NCBI GenBank assembly: GCA_028284905.1
Contig: JANQQU010000026.1
Location: 57,252-121,251, forward strand
Reading direction: 5' to 3'
DNA from: Calditrichia bacterium
Lineage (GTDB): Bacteria > Calditrichota > Calditrichia > RBG-13-44-9 > J075
Length of the DNA: 64,000 nt
Shown here: one piece after another, positions 19,697 through 25,848 of the stretch
Position numbering within the stretch: the first letter of the stretch is position 1
Layout: each line of letters begins with the position of its first letter
The notes under the pieces: model-generated
Databases searched by the model: none
What the model saw: the letters and a program-made list of their open reading frames with translations, nothing else
Told to the model about the DNA's origin: nothing
Made by a program: the position numbers and the translations under genes

Positions 19697-21196
19697 GTGA
19701 AAACTGCTTCCCGAAAGAAACTATCAATGAATGCTATCTGCTTTTTCTTAAGTTGCCTGATTAGCACAGCGTTGGCGCAGTCAACAACGGCTGTCCATCA
19801 ACAGCGGGCCGGAACCATGGTGATTACGGACGTTATGGTCGTCGATGGCATTGGGATTCCTGCTGAAGGGCCAAAGGATATTATTATTGAAGGTAAGCGG
19901 ATCAAACAGGTGCGGCGGGCGAACCCTGATGGCGATTACCGAAAAACCGCCGATGCCCTGATTGACGGGAAAGATAAATATGCGCTGCCGGGATTTATCA
20001 ATATGCATGGGCACCTGATGGATAGCCGGGCCGGTGAAACGATGCCTTTTCAGTATCAATATAACCTTTGGCTGGGGGCGGGGATGACGACAATTCGCGA
20101 TGTCGGGAGCGATGCCGAGAAAGCCCTCGTTCAGCAGCGGCTCAGCCGGGAAGAAAAAATAGCTGCGCCAAGAATGTTCCTTTACATGTGGTGCGGGGGA
20201 GGCGATACTGAGGAGGAAATTCGCCAGAATGTTCGCGAACTGAAAGCGAAAGGCGCCGATGGATTGAAATGCCATCAAATGGATTTGTTTACCTTCCGGA
20301 TCGTTTCCGATGAAGCGAAAAAGCTGGGCTTGAAGATTGCGCATCACGTCGGCATCAAAGATGCCAATGCCTGGCATGATGCCGAGTTTGGCACTTCCAC
20401 CATCGAACATTGGTATGGCGTTCCGGATGCCGCCCTGGATGGCATTCAGCAGTTTCCGGCAGATTTTAATCATGCCAACGAGCTGCATCGCTTTCGCTAT
20501 GCCGGACGGCTTTGGCGGGAAGCCAACCCGGAAAAGCTGGAGAAAGTGCTGCAAAGTTTGGTCGATGCCGGTGTTGCCTGGGATCCCACTTTTTGCATCT
20601 ATGAAGCATCCCGAGATTTACAGCGGGCCGTCACTCAACCCTGGTTTAAAGATTATCTCCATCCAGCCCTGGAAAAGTTCTTTACCCCGAATCCAAAATA
20701 TCATGGTTCATTCTTCTGGGGATGGACGAACACCGATGAAGTCTATTGGAAAGAGAATTACCAAATCTGGATGCGTTCAGTAAAATCTTTCGCGGAGAAA
20801 GGCGGCGTTGTTACTACCGGTGAGGACGCCGGATTTATTTACCAGATGTTCGGATTTGGATATTTACGGGAATTGGAGCTGCACGAAGAAGCCGGATTTC
20901 ACCCACTGGAGGTCATTAAACACGCTACATATAACGGTGCAAAAACGATGGGAATGGACCATGAGCTGGGTCGGATTAAAGCAACATATCTGGCAGATAT
21001 CGTCGTGGTTAATGGCAATCCGTTGGCAAACCTGCACATCCTTTTCCCGAAAGGCATCAACCCGGCCATGGACAAACAGCGCGGCAATGCCGGCGGCATC
21101 GAATGGACCATCAAGGGCGGCATTCCCTACCACGCCCCCACGCTCTTTGAAGCAACAAAATCCATAGTAACCTCCGCCCGCCAACACAGCGAATAA
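19697..21196 (+). CDS. secreted metal-dependent amidohydrolase
   Basis: Signal peptide and a PGFINMHGH metal-binding motif of the amidohydrolase superfamily. Confidence 0.8.
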   Translation: MKTASRKKLSMNAICFFLSCLISTALAQSTTAVHQQRAGTMVITDVMVVDGIGIPAEGPKDIIIEGKRIKQVRRANPDGDYRKTADALIDGKDKYALPGFINMHGHLMDSRAGETMPFQYQYNLWLGAGMTTIRDVGSDAEKALVQQRLSREEKIAAPRMFLYMWCGGGDTEEEIRQNVRELKAKGADGLKCHQMDLFTFRIVSDEAKKLGLKIAHHVGIKDANAWHDAEFGTSTIEHWYGVPDAALDGIQQFPADFNHANELHRFRYAGRLWREANPEKLEKVLQSLVDAGVAWDPTFCIYEASRDLQRAVTQPWFKDYLHPALEKFFTPNPKYHGSFFWGWTNTDEVYWKENYQIWMRSVKSFAEKGGVVTTGEDAGFIYQMFGFGYLRELELHEEAGFHPLEVIKHATYNGAKTMGMDHELGRIKATYLADIVVVNGNPLANLHILFPKGINPAMDKQRGNAGGIEWTIKGGIPYHAPTLFEATKSIVTSARQHSE

Positions 21197-21245
21197 AAAT
21201 AGTGGCAGTGTGCAGTAGCAGGTTTTTTAAGATATTTTCTGAATC

Positions 21246-21373
21246 CTCGTTCCCAAACTCCAGTTTGGGAATGAATTACGATGGAAACTCAGTTTCCTGC
21301 TGAATCTTTGTTCGCGAAACATGAGTTTCGCACATAATTGCGTTCCCATCCCGGCTCTCCGGGATGGGAACGA
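21246..21373. repeat. 128 bp MITE-like element, copy 2 (inverted relative to copy 1)
   Basis: Terminal inverted repeats ctcgttccca/tgggaacgag. Same three hairpins in reverse order. About 80% identical to the reverse complement of copy 1. Confidence 0.65.
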
Positions 21374-21422
21374 GAAATGGTGGCGGCTGCGAATCGGCAC
21401 TTATCAAAATCAAGAGGAAGCC

Positions 21423-22406
21423 ATGAAACATCTCATGCTATTAATTTTTGTCATTACTACATTTACATTTTTTTCAAACGCCCAAAGCGGTGAAAAAAAA
21501 TGGTACAAAGGCAACACCCACACTCACACCCTCAACAGTGACGGCGACAGCACCCCGGACGAAGTCGCCCGTTGGTATCGCGAGCACGGCTATCACTTCC
21601 TGGTACTGACCGATCACAACTTCCTCACCAACGTCGATGCCCTGAATGCCCTACATGGCGCCGATGAACAGTATCTGATCATCCCCGGGGAAGAAGTCAC
21701 CGATAAATACGGAAGAAAGCCCATCCACGTCAATGGACTGAATTTAGAGACCTTGGTGCCTCCGCAAGGCGGCAATAGCGTGGTGGAAACCCTGCAGCGC
21801 AATATCGATGCAGTGAACGATGTCGGAGGATTACCACACATCAATCATCCCAACTTTGGCTGGGCCATTACCGCGGCGGAAATGGCTGAAGTGCAGCGCT
21901 ATAAACTGTTTGAAGTATTTAACGGACATCCGCTTATCAATAATTTCGGTGGAGGAGGGATGCCGGGATTGGAAGAAATGTGGGATATCATCCTCTCCAG
22001 CGGCAAGCTGCTTTACGGTGTGGCAACAGACGATGCGCATCATTTTAAAAGTCCCTGGAACCGCAATGCCGCTGCACCGGGGCGAGGTTGGGTCTTCGTG
22101 CGTGCGGATTCCCTAAACGCGGCAGCGATTATCGCAGCATTGGCTAGCGGCGATTTTTATGCATCCACCGGCGTCAGCTTAAAGGATTACCAGGTGGATG
22201 GAGAAAAAATGGTCATCGATATAGAAAATAATCGAGGCAGTCAACAGCGTTTTAGCACCCTGTTTATTGGAGAGAATGGCGAGATTCTGAAGACGGATGT
22301 AGAGAATCCGGCTATTTATCTATTTAAGGGAGAAGAGAAATATGTGCGGGCAAAAGTCATTGATAGTAATGGCAATATTGCCTGGACGCAGCCGGTGATG
22401 CGGTGA
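21423..22406 (+). CDS. secreted PHP-domain metal-dependent phosphoesterase (CehA/McbA-like)
   Basis: AAGAGGA RBS. Signal peptide followed by KGNTHTHT and LTDHN PHP motifs. The longer ORF from 21321 overlaps a repeat element and has no RBS. Confidence 0.7.
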   Translation: MKHLMLLIFVITTFTFFSNAQSGEKKWYKGNTHTHTLNSDGDSTPDEVARWYREHGYHFLVLTDHNFLTNVDALNALHGADEQYLIIPGEEVTDKYGRKPIHVNGLNLETLVPPQGGNSVVETLQRNIDAVNDVGGLPHINHPNFGWAITAAEMAEVQRYKLFEVFNGHPLINNFGGGGMPGLEEMWDIILSSGKLLYGVATDDAHHFKSPWNRNAAAPGRGWVFVRADSLNAAAIIAALASGDFYASTGVSLKDYQVDGEKMVIDIENNRGSQQRFSTLFIGENGEILKTDVENPAIYLFKGEEKYVRAKVIDSNGNIAWTQPVMR

Positions 22407-22500
22407 ACAGTTGTCAGTGATCAGTAAACAGTGAACAGTTATCAGTGAACAGTTATCAGTGAACAGTTATCAGTGAACAGTTATCAGTGAACAGCTGATA
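22403..22500. repeat. tandem array of 14 bp cagtgaacagttat units (~6 copies)
   Basis: Starts at the stop codon of the PHP gene. The leading tgaacagttgtcagtgatcagtaaacag is repeated directly at 23030-23057. Confidence 0.75.
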
Positions 22501-22555
22501 GTCTGTGAATTAAGTTGTTTATGTTGGATTGCTTGTTTAGATAATTAGGTATGTA

Positions 22556-22972
22556 TTATATAATCCAGTTTATTGTTGTAAATAAACCCACAAGGAAAAT
22601 TACTAGAAAGAACAATAAACTACTGATGCATCCCAATTCAAATATTTTATCTTTCCAGTTTCTCTGAGGAAATTCACGAAAAATTTGATCACGGTTTTTC
22701 AAAATTGGTTTTATTCCCCGAATAACCAACTCTCCATCGATCCATTCTTCCTGATGGTCTAAAAGAATTGTATTTTTTTCTTCGCCGGCCACAATTTTTC
22801 TGGCATCTTTTGAGGCCCTTAACAATCGGGCAGCGAACAATTCCAGGCCCTGACGGTTCGCTTCGATATTCATACCTGCGCCATCATATTCAAAGAGTCC
22901 CCAATATGCGTCATTTATTGAATTTGTGGATTCCAGACGATCAATAATATCCTGTAGAAGGTGCTCTTCCAT
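22556..22972 (-). CDS. hypothetical tail-anchored membrane protein
   Basis: 138 aa with a single C-terminal TM helix. Lies downstream of rtcB on the same strand and is bracketed by cagtgaacagttat repeat arrays. Confidence 0.45.
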   Translation of the reverse strand: MEEHLLQDIIDRLESTNSINDAYWGLFEYDGAGMNIEANRQGLELFAARLLRASKDARKIVAGEEKNTILLDHQEEWIDGELVIRGIKPILKNRDQIFREFPQRNWKDKIFELGCISSLLFFLVIFLVGLFTTINWII

Positions 22973-23029
22973 GTTACCCTGCTTGCGTTTAGATGGTACA
23001 GATATGCTATAAATGTTGTAAATTTTACT

Positions 23030-23140
23030 GAACAGTTGTCAGTGATCAGTTAACAGAGAACATGAAACAAATAACAATCGTTAATTTGATCGATAATGAT
23101 AACTGTTCACTGATAACTGTCAACTGTCAACTGTTAATTC
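23030..23140. repeat. direct copy plus inverted copies of the cagtgaacagttat family
   Basis: tgaacagttgtcagtgatcagttaacag is a direct repeat of 22404-22430. 23101-23138 (taactgttcactgataactgtcaactgtcaactgtt) holds inverted units overlapping the rtcB stop. Confidence 0.7.
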
Positions 23141-24630
23141 GTGTCCTTAATAACAAAGCGCGCATTCAATTTCGCCACGGTCGAAGCCAGCCCAGCCTGT
23201 TCCACGGACTTCAGCACTTCCTGAAAATCCTTGTAGGCTGCCGGTGCTTCATCCTTGGGATATTTGCGGCAATTGGTAAGAATATCCATGTCGTCAAATG
23301 AAGCATCAACTGCCTGCTGATCCAATTCACGAATCGCATGCTTTCGCCCCATTTTTCGCCCCGCGCCATGATTCACGCTGTAGCAGCTTTCAATCGCGCC
23401 CGGTTCCCCAACCATTACCGCGGATCCCGCTTGCGGATTTCCCGGTAAGAGAATCGGATGGCCGGTGCTGTAGAAAGGCGTATCCTTCAGGGCAAAATGG
23501 TTCGCCGGAAATGCCCGGGTCGCCCCTTTCCGGTGCACCCACATTTTCCGGTTGTCGACAACTTCCCGACGAGCGATGTTGTGACTGATAAAATACACCA
23601 GCTCGCCAGTGGTGCCGGGCAAGACTTCCTGGAAAGCTTCCAGAACCAAGGCGTTAATCAACATATGGTTAACCGTCGCAAAATTGCCGCCCATGCTCAT
23701 ATCATCAATGTAAGCGTCCGCTTCCGGAGTACCGAGCGGCGCGTAAACCAGGTGTTTGCTATCTGCCGGAAAGGGAATGCTCCAGGTGTTAAACATCTTT
23801 TGCAGATTTCGGAATTGACATTGCGCGAGATGATAACCGAATCCCCGCGAACCACAATGAGAGAAAAATGCCACGTGACCATCCTTCAGGCCAAACACAT
23901 CGGCAATTTCCCGGGCGCGCGGCGAATCTGCGACTTCAACAATTTCGCATTCTCCAAAATGATTTCCGCCGCCGTAAGTCCCCAATTGCATTACTTTATC
24001 GGCAAATTTAGGAAATTGTCCACTGTCGATTAGATACTCGAGGCGGTTTTCCAAAGAAGCTCTGGTCTCGTCATGGCCAGTATGGAATGCATCCTCGCAA
24101 CGTTCTGCCCAGTGAGTAGGAATTCCCAGTGCTTCACATACCGCTGAAGAAGCGCCCTCTATTACAACACGCTTCCCGATAGCTGCATCTACCCGGCGTG
24201 ATTTTTTCGCCGAGCGTTGGCTTTTCCCTGCACCGGTTGGCGTCCGTTCACAGATAGCGTTGATCAGCGCCCGGCGGATGCTTTTTTCCTGAATCTCATC
24301 CGCAGGAATGTTCAATTGCAATAAACTCATCGAGCATTTGATGTCAACGCCTACCGGTCCGGGATAAATATGACTGGGAGAAACCAGTACGGAGCCAATC
24401 GGCGCGCCGTAACCAGCATGGCCGTCCGGATTAAGAACGACATCGGAAACGCCGGGAGCGGTAGCACAGTTCATTGCCTGCTGGAGGCAAATCTGGTCAA
24501 ATCCTTCCCGGATAGTTTCATTGCCGAATACTTTTACCGGTTTGTATTTGCCATCTTCTACCGGGAGAATTGCTGTTGCATCTCCGGTGGTAATCATCTG
24601 GCTGTTTAACTTGATTTCATCCGTCTTCAT
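23134..24630 (-). CDS. rtcB: RtcB RNA-splicing/repair ligase (3'-phosphate/5'-OH)
   Basis: GGGNHF, SVNHGAGR and SHNIARRE motifs and Cys/His metal ligands of the RtcB family. Confidence 0.9.
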   Translation of the reverse strand: MKTDEIKLNSQMITTGDATAILPVEDGKYKPVKVFGNETIREGFDQICLQQAMNCATAPGVSDVVLNPDGHAGYGAPIGSVLVSPSHIYPGPVGVDIKCSMSLLQLNIPADEIQEKSIRRALINAICERTPTGAGKSQRSAKKSRRVDAAIGKRVVIEGASSAVCEALGIPTHWAERCEDAFHTGHDETRASLENRLEYLIDSGQFPKFADKVMQLGTYGGGNHFGECEIVEVADSPRAREIADVFGLKDGHVAFFSHCGSRGFGYHLAQCQFRNLQKMFNTWSIPFPADSKHLVYAPLGTPEADAYIDDMSMGGNFATVNHMLINALVLEAFQEVLPGTTGELVYFISHNIARREVVDNRKMWVHRKGATRAFPANHFALKDTPFYSTGHPILLPGNPQAGSAVMVGEPGAIESCYSVNHGAGRKMGRKHAIRELDQQAVDASFDDMDILTNCRKYPKDEAPAAYKDFQEVLKSVEQAGLASTVAKLNARFVIKDTN

Positions 24631-24690
24631 GACGTTTCCTTTCGATATTAAAAACTAAATTGGACTGTAAAAAAGAAATTCATTATTTCC

Positions 24691-24804
24691 ATCGACAAGT
24701 AGTTGAGAAACATATCCCGACGTTTTCATTTAAACTACCGCCTTGACGGGCTGAGTCGTGAGTCTCAGCATCTTCGGGGTCCTGTAGTTCCTCAGGCATT
24801 CGAC
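24691..24804 (-). ncRNA. Y-RNA-like module 6 (Ro-binding-type stem only; may double as rtcB leader)
   Basis: Outer helix GUCGA/UCGAU and inner helix GAGGAAC/GUUUCUC flank the conserved internal loop (5' AAUGCCU, 3' …ACUUGUCG). The interior holds simple hairpins and no tRNA-like domain. Confidence 0.35.
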
Positions 24805-24822
24805 TTCAACAATTCTACCGCC

Positions 24823-24911
24823 GATAACAAAAGGGAGTGAAACGTTGACGGCCACCTGGGCCGGCAGGATTCGAACCTGCTTTAACCCTTGTAGTTTCAC
24901 CGGCATTCATC
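24823..24911 (-). ncRNA. Y-RNA-like module 5 (stem plus T-arm-like hairpin)
   Basis: Outer GAUGA/UUAUC and inner GUGAAAC/GUUUCAC helices flank a conserved AAUGC…UUUUG loop. Interior has GCAGG-UUCGAAU-CCUGC (T-arm-like) and CGGCC-CAGGU-GGCCG hairpins. Confidence 0.4.
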
Positions 24912-24930
24912 AGCAGTTTTTCTTCATATT

Positions 24931-25004
24931 AAAATTTAGCGGCGACAAGAGTTGGTGAAACGTTGGCTTTTTCCTCAAGTTGTAGTTCCACCAGCATTCG
25001 CCGC
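24931..25004 (-). ncRNA. Y-RNA-like module 4 (minimal stem-loop, YrlB-like)
   Basis: GCGGCGA-AUGCUG-GUGGAAC-UACA … GUUUCAC-CAACUCUUG-UCGCCGC with a 23 nt apical loop and no tRNA-like domain. Followed by UAAAUUUU. Confidence 0.45.
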
Positions 25005-25017
25005 ATTAAACCATTAT

Positions 25018-25050
25018 TAATTCGGAATTCGGAATTCCGAATTCCGAATT
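25018..25050. repeat. palindromic GAATTC-rich spacer (aattcggaattcggaattccgaattccgaatt)
   Basis: Perfectly self-complementary ttcggaattccgaa core located between Y modules 3 and 4. One of three similar spacers. Confidence 0.7.
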
Positions 25051-25188
25051 AAAAAAAACGCGGCGACAAGGATTAGTGAAACTTTCTCCATGCTCTATCC
25101 AATTGAGCTACGCCAATCTTGCGATCGACGCCGGGATTCGAACCCGGAACCCTGGCATTAAAAGTGTAGTTTCACCAGCATTCGCCGC
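25051..25188 (-). ncRNA. Y-RNA-like module 3 (YrlA-like, with permuted tRNA-like domain)
   Basis: 5' strand GCGGCGA-AUGCUG-GUGAAAC-UACA. Then T-arm CCGGG-UUCGAAU-CCCGG, an acceptor-like hairpin CGUCGAU-CGCAAG-AUUGGCG, UA, and D-arm GCUC-AAUUGGAUA-GAGC. 3' strand GUUUCAC-UAAUCCUUG-UCGCCGC followed by GUUUUUUUU. Confidence 0.55.
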
Positions 25189-25194
25189 ATTTAG

Positions 25195-25271
25195 CCGGAG
25201 CGAAGGGACTCGAACCCCTGACCATGAGATTTCACCTCATTGCTCTCAATTACCAACTGAGCTACGCTCCG
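25195..25271 (-). tRNA. tRNA-Phe(GAA)-like cloverleaf B (13 nt D-loop, no encoded CCA)
   Basis: Minus-strand read: CGGAGCG UA GCUC AGUUGGUAAUUGA GAGC A AUGAG GUGAAAU CUCAU GGUC AGGGG UUCGAGU CCCUU CGCUCCG G. Has a 7 bp acceptor and anticodon GAA. Its 3' end lies 7 nt before the 5' end of Y module 3. Confidence 0.5.
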
Positions 25272-25276
25272 TAAAG

Positions 25277-25309
25277 AATTCGGAATTCCGAACTCCGAAT
25301 TCCGAATTT
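25277..25309. repeat. palindromic GAATTC-rich spacer, copy 2
   Basis: gaattcggaattccgaactccgaattccgaatt, located between module 2 and tRNA-like B. Confidence 0.7.
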
Positions 25310-25428
25310 AAAAAAGTTACAACGACAAGTGTTTGTGAAACATGCTCTACCAACTGAGCTACGCCAATCTTGCAATTGACGCCGGGATTCGAACCCGGGA
25401 CAGTGTAGTTTCACAGGCATTCGTTGTT
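25310..25428 (-). ncRNA. Y-RNA-like module 2 (compact YrlA-like, with permuted tRNA-like domain)
   Basis: ACAACGA-AUGCCU-GUGAAAC-UACA-CUGU, then T-arm CCGGG-UUCGAAU-CCCGG, acceptor-like hairpin CGUCAAU-UGCAAG-AUUGGCG, UA, D-arm GCUC-AGUUGGUA-GAGC, AU. 3' strand GUUUCAC-AAACACUUG-UCGUUGU followed by AACUUUUUU. The outer helix covaries relative to modules 1, 3 and 4. Confidence 0.55.
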
Positions 25429-25431
25429 TAG

Positions 25432-25505
25432 CCGGAGCGAAGGGATTCGAACCCCTGACACGTGGATTTTCACTCCACTGCTCGTACCAACTGAGCTACG
25501 CTCCG
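25432..25505 (-). tRNA. tRNA-Phe(GAA)-like cloverleaf A (no encoded CCA)
   Basis: Minus-strand read: CGGAGCG UA GCUC AGUUGGUAC GAGC A GUGGA GUGAAAA UCCAC GUGUC AGGGG UUCGAAU CCCUU CGCUCCG G. Canonical arms and anticodon GAA. Unusual C1:G72 and G73. Its 3' end lies about 7 nt before the 5' end of Y module 2. Confidence 0.55.
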
Positions 25506-25509
25506 TAGT

Positions 25510-25542
25510 GAATTCGGAATTCCGAATTTCGAATTCCGAATT
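25510..25542. repeat. palindromic GAATTC-rich spacer, copy 3
   Basis: gaattcggaattccgaatttcgaattccgaatt, located between module 1 and tRNA-like A. Confidence 0.7.
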
Positions 25543-25543
25543 A

Positions 25544-25769
25544 GAAAAATTAGCGGCGACAAGGGTTAACGAAACGTTACCGCGCTCTACCAACTGAGCT
25601 ACGCCAACCGTTTATAAAAAAGTTCAAAGTTCAACGTTCAGAGTTTAGAGTTCAGAGTTGCTCACTTGCCCCTTTGGGGTTTGCTCGTCTGACGAACTTA
25701 TAGGGTTGGCGCCGGGATTCGAACCCGGGACCTCGTCATCCTCAATGTAGTTTCGCAAGCATTCGCCGC
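25544..25769 (-). ncRNA. Y-RNA-like module 1 (YrlA-like; acceptor-like helix interrupted by ~95 nt repeat-rich insertion)
   Basis: GCGGCGA-AUGCUUG-CGAAAC-UACA, then T-arm CCGGG-UUCGAAU-CCCGG, then CGCCAAC. A 95 nt insert follows, containing gttcaaagttcaacgttcagagtttagagttcagagtt repeats. Then GUUGGCG-UA, D-arm GCUC-AGUUGGUA-GAGC, and 3' strand GUUUCG-UUAACCCUUG-UCGCCGC followed by UAAUUUUU. Confidence 0.45.
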
Positions 25770-25812
25770 TAATTTTTCTCAAGATTTCAAAGATCAAAAA
25801 TCGTTTATTTTC

Positions 25813-25837
25813 GCCGGGATGGGAACGCCATCCCGGC
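25813..25837. terminator. GC-rich 10 bp hairpin at the 3' end of rsr (possible bidirectional terminator)
   Basis: gccgggatgg-gaacg-ccatcccggc followed on the plus strand by GGUUUUUCGGUUU. The stem uses the same cccatcccgg motif as the 128 bp repeat family. Confidence 0.4.
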
Positions 25838-25848
25838 GGTTTTTCGGT

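Noticed and set aside
21321-21422. Extended N-terminus (MSFAHNCVPIPALRDGNEKWW…) of the PHP-domain protein
   Set aside because: That stretch is the translation of the 128 bp hairpin repeat element. The true start is ATG 21423, which has an RBS and a signal peptide.
22556-23134. rtcA (RNA 3'-phosphate cyclase) downstream of rtcB
   Set aside because: The downstream gene is a 138-aa tail-anchored protein with no RtcA motifs. rtcA is absent from this window.
22403-25542. CRISPR array hypothesis for the 14 bp cagtgaacagttat tandem array and the GAATTC palindromic spacers
   Set aside because: Units are 14 bp and contiguous, without unique spacers. The GAATTC elements are self-complementary tandem 7-mers. 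No cas genes are present in the window.
25051-25770. Calling the T-arm/D-arm containing Y modules as tRNA genes or tRNA pseudogenes
   Set aside because: They lack an anticodon arm. The 5' and 3' ends pair in a long bulged helix in its place. This fits the permuted tRNA-like domain of YrlA-type Y RNAs rather than decayed tRNAs. Only the two full cloverleaves are listed as tRNA-like.
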